A stretch of 49,475 nucleotides of DNA from a virus. Taxonomy: Duplodnaviria > Caudoviricetes. Below are positions 9,137-17,005 of the stretch, piece after piece; position 1 is the first letter of the stretch; the number at the start of each line of letters is the position of its first letter. Under the pieces are notes generated by a model. It was not told the DNA's origin. It saw only the letters and a list, made by a program, of their open reading frames with translations, and did no database searches. Both the position numbers and the translations under genes were made by a program. The stretch is taken from positions 1 through 49,475 of the IMG/VR virus record IMGVR_UViG_3300017700_000528, one strand, 5' to 3'.

Positions 9137-9353
9137 CTTTGCCTCCTGGTGCTACTAACTCACCGTCTGTAATGGCGTCTTCCCAGTTGATATCCGCGAT
9201 GTAACTCATCGCCGCGGCGAAGGCGAAGTCGATCTGTTCCATGGTGTAGATGCGATCCCGCCGCGCCGCCTTCTTGGCCTTGCGTTCCAGTTCGGACAGG
9301 TCTTGCAGCCGCCTGTATGCGGCGATCTCCATTTGGCGGTCACACATAGTCAT
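9129..9353 (-). CDS. Hypothetical protein
   Basis: AGGAG RBS before ATG 9353. Confidence 0.6.
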   Translation of the reverse strand: MTMCDRQMEIAAYRRLQDLSELERKAKKAARRDRIYTMEQIDFAFAAAMSYIADINWEDAITDGELVAPGGKDG

Positions 9354-9521
9354 CGTCAACGTCTCCTGTCGCAAATGGTGCAGTAGGTGACGGGCGTCAC
9401 GTCACTGATCGGGCTGTCAGCCTCGGGGCTCGGATAGAAAACCTTCCAGACGTGCCCCAGAAGCCAGCACCAGTTCCTTCGTTCAAACATGATCGCCTCC
9501 TCGGCATCCAATATTTGATAT

Positions 9522-9728
9522 CTATGCTGCCGTTTTGAGTGCGAACCCCGCCCACTCGATGGCGATGGCGCACGGGATCAGCTTCGCTGCTTCCTCGATG
9601 CTGTCGGCCAGCACGTAGACGAGCCCTCCCTCCGCATCGAAATACTCGTCGTTCATCGTGAAGCTGTCGCCGGACGAGTTCGTGGTGTGGACCCGTGCTC
9701 GGTAGCAATGGGTAGAGCCTTGGTTCAT
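9522..9728 (-). CDS. Hypothetical protein
   Basis: GAGG RBS. Confidence 0.6.
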   Translation of the reverse strand: MNQGSTHCYRARVHTTNSSGDSFTMNDEYFDAEGGLVYVLADSIEEAAKLIPCAIAIEWAGFALKTAA

Positions 9729-9746
9729 GGCATTACCTCTGTGATG

Positions 9747-10040
9747 TCACTGATGCTTTTCCGCGTATCTCAGGACTTCCGCCGCGCTAGGTGGAAGCAC
9801 GGTGACGATTGTGTTGAACTCGTCGCTGTAGACGACGGGGATGCGCACCCAGTCCAAGGTCGTCACGAAGAGCTTCCGCCCCTTTCGCTTGGAGCGCCGC
9901 TGGATCGGGCGGCCCAGGCCCATTCGTATGATGACGTTGAGCGCGCCAATATCTTCCGGGGTTAGAAGAATCCCCCATCGCTCACGCGCCCTTCTGGCGG
10001 CGTGCCTTTTCATCCTCATTCTTTCTTGGCGGCCTGGCAT
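9747..10040 (-). CDS. Basic protein, possibly RelE/BECR-fold nuclease-like
   Basis: HA..RARER near the N-terminus and IVTVLP near the C-terminus. Confidence 0.5.
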   Translation of the reverse strand: MPGRQERMRMKRHAARRARERWGILLTPEDIGALNVIIRMGLGRPIQRRSKRKGRKLFVTTLDWVRIPVVYSDEFNTIVTVLPPSAAEVLRYAEKHQ

Positions 10041-10250
10041 CTATCGAGCAACCTTACGAATGCGCAATTTCCACTCAGGCTCTGCCCACGCAATTCGCGC
10101 TAGGGCAATTTGAGCTAGTTCTGGGTCCCTCACGCTGGCGACCCTGCGCCATGACGGCTTGCCGTCCGTAAGGCCGATGAACCTCTGCACAAGATAGCGG
10201 GTGCGCGTCGTCTTTGCCGCCCTGAATGCCCGCTGCAATCCATCGCCCAT
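10041..10250 (-). CDS. Hypothetical basic protein
   Basis: GGAGG RBS. Confidence 0.6.
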   Translation of the reverse strand: MGDGLQRAFRAAKTTRTRYLVQRFIGLTDGKPSWRRVASVRDPELAQIALARIAWAEPEWKLRIRKVAR

Positions 10251-10264
10251 GACGGCCTCCCCAA

Positions 10265-10462
10265 CTACTGATCTGTGCTGCTGACGACTTCACGGTCAGC
10301 CTCGTCTCGCGCTGCCTCGAAGGCAGCAACCCGTGTACGTAGCCGCTCGATCTCCCCAAGGAGCGCGGACGCCTCCGGTTTGGTTAGTCGCTGATTGCTC
10401 GGCCCCATCCGTGCAGCGTCGCGCAATTTGCAAAGAATCCACTCAATCGACGGTGGGGCCAT
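10265..10462 (-). CDS. Hypothetical protein
   Basis: TGATG coupling to the upstream peptide gene. Confidence 0.55.
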   Translation of the reverse strand: MAPPSIEWILCKLRDAARMGPSNQRLTKPEASALLGEIERLRTRVAAFEAARDEADREVVSSTDQ

Positions 10463-10551
10463 CAGGGCCACCATCCAACATAGTGGCCGGCCGTGGAAAC
10501 GATAAAGCCAACAACGGCTATTGCGACAACCAAGTCCCGCATACGTTCCAT
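10462..10551 (-). CDS. 29-aa membrane peptide
   Basis: MERMRDLVVAIAVVGFIVSTAGHYVGWWP; GGAGAGG RBS. Confidence 0.55.
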   Translation of the reverse strand: MERMRDLVVAIAVVGFIVSTAGHYVGWWP

Positions 10552-10575
10552 TGTGCCTCTCCCAGTGCTAACTGA

Positions 10576-10788
10576 CTATAAGTAGGGCCGCTCACGCTCG
10601 ATGCACTCAAGCCAGCCGGCGATCTGCGTCGTCGGTTTCCAATACGGCTTGCCAAGGATCACCGCCTCTAAGGCGCCGTCGATCGATGCGCAGTGGTTCT
10701 TGACGGTCCTGCTCTGGCGCTTCGCCCAATGAGCGAGGCAGTGCCTGACATCATCGATCTCGAAGGCTAATTCCATTGCGTCGGTCAT
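10576..10788 (-). CDS. Hypothetical protein
   Basis: GGGAG RBS. Confidence 0.6.
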   Translation of the reverse strand: MTDAMELAFEIDDVRHCLAHWAKRQSRTVKNHCASIDGALEAVILGKPYWKPTTQIAGWLECIERERPYL

Positions 10789-10821
10789 CGGTGCTGCTCC
10801 CTGATCGGACCGTGAACAGAG

Positions 10822-11043
10822 TCCACGGATTTTCCACGGATCGGTGCGTCGTGTTCGCGTGGTGTTCTGCTTGAAACTGCCGGGTCGCTATCGTCGCAAT
10901 TGAAAAAATACGGCGATATGCGGGGCTTCCTGGTGCTGCCGGACAGGATTGAACTGTCGACCTCTCCCTTACCAAGGGAGTGCGCATCATTGTTTTTATT
11001 GTGCATTTTCGACTTCCTTGGCGTTTTCCACGGATTCTCCACC
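10822..11043. promoter_or_regulatory. attP region with putative integrase arm-type repeats
   Basis: TCCACGGA at 10822, 10833 and 11027, plus partial TCCACC at 11038; 11-bp spaced pairs on both sides of the core. Confidence 0.65.
10931..10983 (-). other. attP core: 3' half of tRNA-Thr(GGT)
   Basis: Reverse complement reads GCACTCCC-TTGGTAA-GGGAG-AGGTC-GACAG-TTCAATC-CTGTC-CGGCAGC-ACCA (anticodon arm, T arm, CCA); no D arm or 5' acceptor strand. Confidence 0.9.
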
Positions 11044-11322
11044 AAGGGCGCCATCGATCATCGCCCGCCACCACGCGACGTTAGATGAGTACGAATCCAT
11101 GTGTTTGATCGCACCATCCCACATGGCTGCCGTAGGCGTCCGCATCACTTCGATAGCGGCGCGGGCGCACGCCATGGAGTGGTTGACTTGTCCGGCCACG
11201 CTCTCCACCCATCCCTGGTCCAGCCTCTCCCCCGCCGCCTGTCGTTGGTGGATTTCCGCCAGGGCGACGAATGCCCACGGGTTGATGGCTCGGGCCACCT
11301 TTTCAATGGGAATTATATACAT
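10996..11322 (-). CDS. Phage protein interrupted near its start by the IS; possibly rescued by an ATG within the TIR
   Basis: Removing the IS and one TSD copy gives MTMIEKVARAINPW..., coupled by ATGA to the integrase stop. Confidence 0.6.
   Translation of the reverse strand: MYIIPIEKVARAINPWAFVALAEIHQRQAAGERLDQGWVESVAGQVNHSMACARAAIEVMRTPTAAMWDGAIKHMDSYSSNVAWWRAMIDGALGGESVENAKEVENAQ
11300..11307. repeat. 8-bp target-site duplication, left (TTTTCAAT)
   Basis: Identical to 13286-13293. Confidence 0.92.
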
Positions 11323-11340
11323 GACTCCCTTTTCCACAGT

Positions 11341-12168
11341 TCATACGCCACACGCCGCGCCGCATTCGTGGTCGAACAAATCCGCGCTCGCGACGGCAAG
11401 CGACAGGTCCGCCTCGGCGAGCGGAACGCGGCTGTGATGGAGGAACATTTCGCCATGGAATCGGGCGACTTGGGCGGGCTCTCTAAGCCAGCCATCAAAC
11501 TCGACGGTTTCAGCCCATTCGTCAGGGCTTTCCGACAGGTCGCGCCATCCGGCGTTACCTTGGAACGGGCAGTATTTGCAGCGCGACTTCGGTGGCCGTC
11601 GATACTGCCGTTCTTCAAGCCATGTGTAGCAGTTCTGACGGCTCATCCGCGCTTCAATCAAGATGTGCCGGTTGTGAATGAAGCGGCATCCGCTGGGCTT
11701 AATGCGCACGATCTCGTCAGTCGAAATTCCAACCCAACTTTCAACGCTGTCTGGCGCGACGTAGCCCCGCATACTGACGCCAAGAAGCTCGCGTATCTTT
11801 CGCCGGATCGGGCGAATCTTCCAATTGCGGGTACAGTTCCGGCCGCCCATTCCGCCCGGCCCAACGTGCCAGGGAATGCGCGCTGCATCGTCACCGGCCT
11901 TCAATGCACTGCGCAGCGAGCGCATCGGGTGGACGACGTGGATTGGGAACGGCAGTACGCCTGGGGAGCTGAGCCAAGCGAGATGTTCGTATACGGCCGC
12001 CGGTTCGTCTCCGGTGTCCGCGAAGATGGCGCAATCTGGCGCTTCGATCTCGCCTCGTGCCGCCATCAGCGCCAACGTTGTCGATTGGACGCCTGCACCC
12101 AGGCTCAGTACCCGCAATTTAGGCTTTGCCAGCGGGCGAGACAAACCGTCATGCCGAAGCTCAATCAC
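11341..12168 (-). CDS. PAPS-reductase-like (PP-loop) protein, IS cargo
   Basis: SLGAGVQS PP-loop, FADTGDE, CTRNWKI, GISTDE, KSRCKYCPF and terminal CGAACGV; GTG 12168 has a GGAGAAGG RBS. Confidence 0.8.
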   Translation of the reverse strand: MIELRHDGLSRPLAKPKLRVLSLGAGVQSTTLALMAARGEIEAPDCAIFADTGDEPAAVYEHLAWLSSPGVLPFPIHVVHPMRSLRSALKAGDDAARIPWHVGPGGMGGRNCTRNWKIRPIRRKIRELLGVSMRGYVAPDSVESWVGISTDEIVRIKPSGCRFIHNRHILIEARMSRQNCYTWLEERQYRRPPKSRCKYCPFQGNAGWRDLSESPDEWAETVEFDGWLREPAQVARFHGEMFLHHSRVPLAEADLSLAVASADLFDHECGAACGV

Positions 12169-12295
12169 GCGCCTTCTCCATTTTACGTTTGGCGCGTCTT
12201 CGTTTCTTTGCGGCAACGGAAATCGGCTTCGGCCTGTAGCGCAGCACCACATCCGCGATTGCGTTCAGAACCTTCGGCGGCTTGGGCTTCTTCAT
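12161..12295 (-). CDS. 44-aa basic protein, IS cargo
   Basis: MKKPKPPKVLNAIADVVLRYRPKPISVAAKKRRRAKRKMEKARD; overlaps the transposase stop (ATGA) and the cargo start. Confidence 0.65.
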   Translation of the reverse strand: MKKPKPPKVLNAIADVVLRYRPKPISVAAKKRRRAKRKMEKARD

Positions 12296-13215
12296 GCGAT
12301 CAGCGCCTTGTAGGTCAGGCGCTTGCCAGCAACGCCACTCACGAAGCTATCCAGCCGTTCCAGCGTGTGCCGAGCCACGTTGCCGTCATTGAGCCGGAAC
12401 GCAAATTCATCGACGTAGCGGCCAAGATGCTTCGCGCTGGCGTGATGGTAGACGCCGATCAACCCGCGCTTGAGAACGGCGAACACGGACTCGATGCTGT
12501 TCGTTGTGACGCCATCGCGGACGTATTCGCCGTCGCTGTGGTTCACACTTTCGTGGTCGAAGAACAGACCGCCCATCGCATGATATACGGCGGCTTCGTC
12601 GGTGTGCAGCATCGAACCGACCTCGACGTTCTGAACGATAACGTCTTGGATCGTCTGCGCGTCGGTACTGGCGAGCTTGACCGCCTTAACCCGCCCGCCT
12701 TTGCCGCGCTCTTTCATGCCGAGCACGGCGGTCTTGCCGACCGTGCCGCGACCTTGCTTGAGCTTCTTCGACTCGTGCTTGTTGGCCTCGATCCCGCCGA
12801 CATAGGTTTCGTCGATCTCGATCAACCCTTGCAGTTTGGTCAGGTCTTTGCCGCAAGCCTCGCGGAGCCGGTGCAGCATGAACCAAGCCGACTTTTGGGT
12901 AACGCCGATCTGCTTCGACAGTTGCAGGCTAGAGATACCCTTGCGGGCCGTCACAAGCAGGTACATCGCGTAAATCCACTTGTGCAGTGGAACGTGGCTC
13001 CGCTCGAAAATCGTCCCGGTGCGCACCGTAAAGTCTTCCTTGCACTGGTTGCAGCGATAGAAGCCGCCCGCCCGCGCCGTGATCCGCTCACCCAATCCGC
13101 AGACCGGGCAACGCGGGCCTTCCGGCCACAGCCGCCCCTCAAGATACGTCCGGGCCGTCTCTTGGTCCGGGAACATCTCGAAAAGCTGAAACGTCGAAAT
13201 AGTGCTCTTACTCAT
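12292..13215 (-). CDS. IS1595-family DDE transposase
   Basis: Zn ribbon CPVC..CNQC, GISSLQL HTH, EIDETYVGG, LHTDE, VNHS, TNSIES and YVDEFAFRLN. Confidence 0.95.
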   Translation of the reverse strand: MSKSTISTFQLFEMFPDQETARTYLEGRLWPEGPRCPVCGLGERITARAGGFYRCNQCKEDFTVRTGTIFERSHVPLHKWIYAMYLLVTARKGISSLQLSKQIGVTQKSAWFMLHRLREACGKDLTKLQGLIEIDETYVGGIEANKHESKKLKQGRGTVGKTAVLGMKERGKGGRVKAVKLASTDAQTIQDVIVQNVEVGSMLHTDEAAVYHAMGGLFFDHESVNHSDGEYVRDGVTTNSIESVFAVLKRGLIGVYHHASAKHLGRYVDEFAFRLNDGNVARHTLERLDSFVSGVAGKRLTYKALIA

Positions 13216-13243
13216 GACCAACAACCCCTTTGTTTATGGACAA

Positions 13244-13272
13244 AACATGCCCAAAACGTCCGAGGGAGTCAA
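13244..13272 (-). promoter_or_regulatory. Putative transposase promoter with -35 inside the TIR
   Basis: TTGACT-17 bp-CATGTT, then AAAGGGG 9 nt before ATG. Confidence 0.5.
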
Positions 13273-13285
13273 GTATATAATTCCC

Positions 13286-13293
13286 TTTTCAAT
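13286..13293. repeat. 8-bp target-site duplication, right (TTTTCAAT)
   Basis: Identical to 11300-11307. Confidence 0.92.
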
Positions 13294-13298
13294 CATCG

Positions 13299-14279
13299 TC
13301 ATGCCTTCCTCGCCTTCGGTGTGGGCAGCATCGCCGCCCGTTTGCTTTCCTCACTCACGACAGAATGCACGTAGCGATCGACCGACTTCCGGTCCCTCCA
13401 TGCGCCAGTCGCAATCAGGGTCGCGCTGTCGGCGCCTGCGAACCGCCTCATCCACGTCGCGTATGTGTGACGAAAGATGTGGAATGCGGATCGCCCGGGA
13501 AGGTTGACGCCGGCTTTGAATGAGCATGTCTTGAGAAGCGAATAGAGATGGCCGCCCTTGGCGAAGCCTAATACTCGACCTTCATCTCCTGCCAAGTTTC
13601 CCAGCGCAGCCACGGCCACCGGCGGGAGAAAGACAGCTCGCGGTTCGTCGTTTTTCGTGTCCGGTATATAGGCGTATCCATCAGCGAGCCTCACGTTGTC
13701 CCATGTCAAATTCAACGCTTCACTGAGGCGCAAACCAGTATAGCACAGCACAATCAGTAGCGCCTCGAACTCTTTGTCGATCTTCCCAGCTTCTTCAAAG
13801 ATCGCTTCGGTTTGTTCAGGCCAGAGCCAGGCCGTTGCACGGTTACCGCTGCTCCCTCGGGGTCGACGTAGCTCAAGTCGATGTCCAGCATGACGCAGCA
13901 CTGCACTAACCGGAGTGTACACCTGTCGATTTCTCGTAGCAGCGCTGGCGCTCGGGTAGAGCGAAACTGCTGCCTTATCGAGGGCGTCTTGGTCGAACTC
14001 TTTGAGCGGCTTGTCACCGAAATGCTCCAATAGCTTTTTCAGAAACCGGCGATCCCCGCCCAGGTTTATGTAACTGACTGCGACACTCGCGAACGTCTCG
14101 TCTGTCGGGCTGGCATAGGAACCACGTTCGATTTCCTGCTCCCACTTTCGGAGGATCTGGACGGCGACGGTTCGCTTGCCAACCTTAGTGCTTCGGTCAA
14201 CGCGGACCCCGATGTACGTCCCCTTGACGGACCAGAACGGCGATTTCCCTTTACGCGGCGGGATGAGCTTAAGCGGCAT
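13299..14279 (-). CDS. int: Tyrosine integrase
   Basis: TGLRLSEAL, TKN, HIFRHTYATW, GAW and RY catalytic motifs. Confidence 0.93.
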   Translation of the reverse strand: MPLKLIPPRKGKSPFWSVKGTYIGVRVDRSTKVGKRTVAVQILRKWEQEIERGSYASPTDETFASVAVSYINLGGDRRFLKKLLEHFGDKPLKEFDQDALDKAAVSLYPSASAATRNRQVYTPVSAVLRHAGHRLELRRPRGSSGNRATAWLWPEQTEAIFEEAGKIDKEFEALLIVLCYTGLRLSEALNLTWDNVRLADGYAYIPDTKNDEPRAVFLPPVAVAALGNLAGDEGRVLGFAKGGHLYSLLKTCSFKAGVNLPGRSAFHIFRHTYATWMRRFAGADSATLIATGAWRDRKSVDRYVHSVVSEESKRAAMLPTPKARKA

Positions 14280-14470
14280 CGTTCGTCCTCTCTTGCCTGC
14301 GCTCGGATGCGCTCAAGGTCATTGTCGTCGAAGGTCTTGGTCCGTCCAAGGGGGCTGTAGAAAGGTTTGCCAGCGGGGTCGAGCGGATGGCCCTGCAACC
14401 AATCCTGTAGCCAGCGACGGCTCTTGCGGAGCTTCGCGGCGGCCTCGTCCATGGTCAGCAGTTCGGTCAT
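14066..14470 (-). CDS. xis: Excisionase-like HTH protein
   Basis: LLTMDEAAAKLRKSRRWL HTH immediately upstream of, and overlapping, int. Confidence 0.75.
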   Translation of the reverse strand: MTELLTMDEAAAKLRKSRRWLQDWLQGHPLDPAGKPFYSPLGRTKTFDDNDLERIRAQAREDERCRLSSSRRVKGNRRSGPSRGRTSGSALTEALRLASEPSPSRSSESGSRKSNVVPMPARQTRRSRVSQSVT

Positions 14471-14474
14471 GGTG

Positions 14475-14621
14475 CTACTTATTTGGCGTCTGTGTAGCTT
14501 TGCGGGCGTTGGCCAGCGCCGCTGCGATCAGCGCATCAGGCCGCGCCATCGGACGCGGCCATGGGCCGACGTATTCGTACCAACCTGGCCGTCCGGGTAT
14601 TTCCCGCCAGTTGTCGTTCAT
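14475..14621 (-). CDS. 48-aa hypothetical protein
   Basis: Fills the gap; ATGA overlap with the methyltransferase stop. Confidence 0.5.
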   Translation of the reverse strand: MNDNWREIPGRPGWYEYVGPWPRPMARPDALIAAALANARKATQTPNK

Positions 14622-15163
14622 GCGGCCATCTCCAATTGCTGCTCGGTTTTCCGATAGACCGCATAGAGCCGGATCCGCTTCTGCGGCCCGTTCATGACCC
14701 CCACGACGCCCCAGAGCTTCACGGGGATCCGCTTTGACGGTGGGATGAACTCGTGGAGCAGGCCGATCTTGCCGCCGGTTTTGGTCACGCGCGCCAGTTC
14801 AGCCAGGATTTTGGTGGCCGAGACGTAGGGCAGGCCGTACCGCTCAGAGTCCTTGGGCGAGTATGGAGGATCCGCAAATGCGGCATCGAAGGACTGATCG
14901 GCGAAGGGCAGGCTGGCCCCCAGCGCCACCACAGACGGCCGCGTGGTCGCGTTGCCGTCTACGGTGATAATCCCGTCCTCGGGCGGCATGGTCCCGCTGA
15001 ACCAATGCACCATGGATCCGTAGGGCCGCAGCAGTTGCTTGGCGCGTGGCCAGAACCCCTGCGGGAAGGATCCGTAATACTTCTTCATTGGCCGCCCACA
15101 GAACCACGTTCCATGGACCCAGCCATTTTCCAGCACAGTGTAGGGGGGTAGCGGTGCGTTCAT
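14618..15163 (-). CDS. Small SAM-dependent (N6A/N4C-type) methyltransferase
   Basis: YYGSFP, HWFSG, LPFADQSFDAAFADPPY and ARVTKTGG. Confidence 0.75.
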   Translation of the reverse strand: MNAPLPPYTVLENGWVHGTWFCGRPMKKYYGSFPQGFWPRAKQLLRPYGSMVHWFSGTMPPEDGIITVDGNATTRPSVVALGASLPFADQSFDAAFADPPYSPKDSERYGLPYVSATKILAELARVTKTGGKIGLLHEFIPPSKRIPVKLWGVVGVMNGPQKRIRLYAVYRKTEQQLEMAA

Positions 15164-15222
15164 GGTTCCTCAAAAAGCATCACTGTGCAGAAGTTAACGT
15201 GGTCGCTCGGTGGGTAATGGCG

Positions 15223-15414
15223 TTACCAGAGTCCGATCCATCGACCGCCATCAAACAGCAGTGCGCCAAACCCAAACAGGGTGACGGCGCCGAGTGCGGC
15301 CAGCACGTAAGCCCACCATGGAGCCCTCTCCGCTGCGGCCACACATTCGCTGTAGGCGTACTTCTGCGGGCACGGCCGCGGTGGGTTGTCGTCTGGATGG
15401 CATGTGCATTTCAT
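15223..15414 (-). CDS. Small Cys/His protein with TM
   Basis: MKCTCHPDDNPPRPCPQKYAYSEC plus a hydrophobic tail. Confidence 0.55.
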   Translation of the reverse strand: MKCTCHPDDNPPRPCPQKYAYSECVAAAERAPWWAYVLAALGAVTLFGFGALLFDGGRWIGLW

Positions 15415-15508
15415 CGCGTCGTGTCCCCTGGAATTGCCTGAACGATTAGATACAGTCCGAACAGGAAACAAACCGCCAGAAACACCAAGCCGCCAAATTC
15501 TCCGATGT

Positions 15509-15652
15509 TCATCCCTCAAGCCTCCGCATTTGGGTACGCAGCCGATCGGCCTCTGCCTCAAGGCATTTGACCAACTCCTCCCCGCTGATGCCGGGCTCTT
15601 TGGAGTAGTCGCCGATAAACTCGCGGAGTTGTTCGAGAAAATCCTGGTTCAT
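15509..15652 (-). CDS. Hypothetical protein
   Basis: AAGGA RBS. Confidence 0.5.
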   Translation of the reverse strand: MNQDFLEQLREFIGDYSKEPGISGEELVKCLEAEADRLRTQMRRLEG

Positions 15653-15750
15653 TGTCGTGTCCTTTCCGCACATGCCTTGATCTCTGCACCTTGGGTCCAA
15701 CGCGCCATCAACCTCGCAACAGCATTCCATCGTTAATCTCCATCCCATTG

Positions 15751-16062
15751 CTAAGCAGAAGAACGTGTAGCTTTGCGTTTCGCGCGCGTCTGGCGGTCGG
15801 CGACGTTCTGGCAAGGACAGAAGTCATCCGCGCCGCCGCAGGGGCAGCGCTGGGCTTGCGCCTTTTGTTCGTCGCGGCTCAGGCAGGGCTCGTCGTCCCG
15901 ATCTTCCATCTCGACGGGCGCCGCCCGTCCTGCGACCCAGCCCGATCCATGGCACTCAGCGCACGGGATCACGTCGCAGTAGAACGGGTCATCCCAGAAG
16001 GGATGAGGCTGCTCTCGGCTGCCTTCGCCGCCACACTCGTGGCATGTGGTCAGGTCGGTCAT
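15751..16062 (-). CDS. Zn-finger protein (CxxCxGxG repeats)
   Basis: CHECGGEG, CAECHGSG and CPC..CPC. Confidence 0.6.
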   Translation of the reverse strand: MTDLTTCHECGGEGSREQPHPFWDDPFYCDVIPCAECHGSGWVAGRAAPVEMEDRDDEPCLSRDEQKAQAQRCPCGGADDFCPCQNVADRQTRAKRKATRSSA

Positions 16063-16092
16063 GGTATCACTTACCGCTTGTCTGGGATGCCA

Positions 16093-16368
16093 TCAGTCGT
16101 AGCCCCACGACTTGGCGATCCTTTTGAAATTCTCGTATCCAGGTTTCCCCGGCTGACCTGACAATTCGGAAATCGGCGTTCCGATCTGCCCGTCCAGACT
16201 CTTGGGCGCCGGGCCGATCGCTACGTCATCATCATGCGACCGATCGACCTCGTGCTCGCCTACGGCCAAGTCGCAGGCGTCGCAGTACCAGCCGCCACAA
16301 ATGCCGACCGACCAGTCGTCCGGCTCGTAGCTGTCGCTAATGTCGGCGTCACACTTTGGACAGTTCAT
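16093..16368 (-). CDS. Zn-ribbon protein
   Basis: CPKC..CDAC. Confidence 0.6.
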   Translation of the reverse strand: MNCPKCDADISDSYEPDDWSVGICGGWYCDACDLAVGEHEVDRSHDDDVAIGPAPKSLDGQIGTPISELSGQPGKPGYENFKRIAKSWGYD

Positions 16369-17005
16369 CTTGCGCCCCTTCTCTGCGTTTGAGCGGGTCC
16401 TGCCCGCCGAGTTCTTCGATAATGTCCAGAGCCTGGCTGACGGCATGATTGATGCCGCGGCCGAAGTCGTCGTATTCGGTGACGGTCCCGCCAAGGGCGT
16501 TGATCTTTCCCCACGCGGTATCGAGCGGCATTACATACGTCGGCTCACTACTGGCGATGGTCTCGATCGGTAGACCGCAAAAATCGCAACAGCGTCGGCC
16601 TTCCGACGAGTGCGTGCTGCCCTGGTGGCCGCTGTCTCCGAAGCAGTCGCACAGTTTCTCCACCGCCCCCGTGCCGTCTTGCGGGGAGAGGAGGGCGGCG
16701 GCAACACGCTCTAGAAATTCGCTCAGTGGCTCACCGCCGTCTGCGGGCTTGAGTGTCGGAAGGTACTGTTCGATTAGACGAGACGATGCTGCGCGATGGT
16801 GGCATTCGGCCGCCAATTCTGTAAACGCTGGCATCGATGACGCCCTGTCGGTGGTGCCGAGAGCGGCGATGGCTTCTTCCGCGATCTTGCGCAAAATCTC
16901 ATGGCCGATGTGTTCTGACAGCGGCTGAGGCAGCGAGTTGACTATACCACAGCGCCGCGCCGTGATGGCACTGATGCGCTCAACGATCTTCTCTGTGGGT
17001 GTCAT
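16349..17005 (-). CDS. Hypothetical protein
   Basis: GGAG RBS, ATGA overlap, Cys cluster. Confidence 0.6.
   Translation of the reverse strand: MTPTEKIVERISAITARRCGIVNSLPQPLSEHIGHEILRKIAEEAIAALGTTDRASSMPAFTELAAECHHRAASSRLIEQYLPTLKPADGGEPLSEFLERVAAALLSPQDGTGAVEKLCDCFGDSGHQGSTHSSEGRRCCDFCGLPIETIASSEPTYVMPLDTAWGKINALGGTVTEYDDFGRGINHAVSQALDIIEELGGQDPLKRREGAQDELSKV

Larger units (their letters stand above)
11308..13285 (-). mobile_element. IS1595-family transporter IS with passenger genes (1,978 bp)
   Basis: 23-bp TIRs GGGAATTATATAC(A/T)TGACTCCCT (22/23 match) at 11308-11330 and 13263-13285; 8-bp TSD; transposase plus two passengers. Confidence 0.93.

Noticed and set aside
10931-11010. Functional tRNA gene
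   Set aside because: D arm and 5' acceptor strand are missing; it is an att core.
11330-11338. DnaA-box-like TTTTCCACA beside the TIR
   Set aside because: Single degenerate 9-mer; chance occurrence is likely.
11341-13215. Transposase-cargo read-through fusion (same frame)
   Set aside because: Two in-frame TGA codons separate them and the cargo has its own RBS.
11101-13374. 757-aa plus-strand ORF spanning the IS
   Set aside because: Codon-aligned antisense shadow of the transposase and cargo genes; crosses both IS ends; no recognisable motifs.
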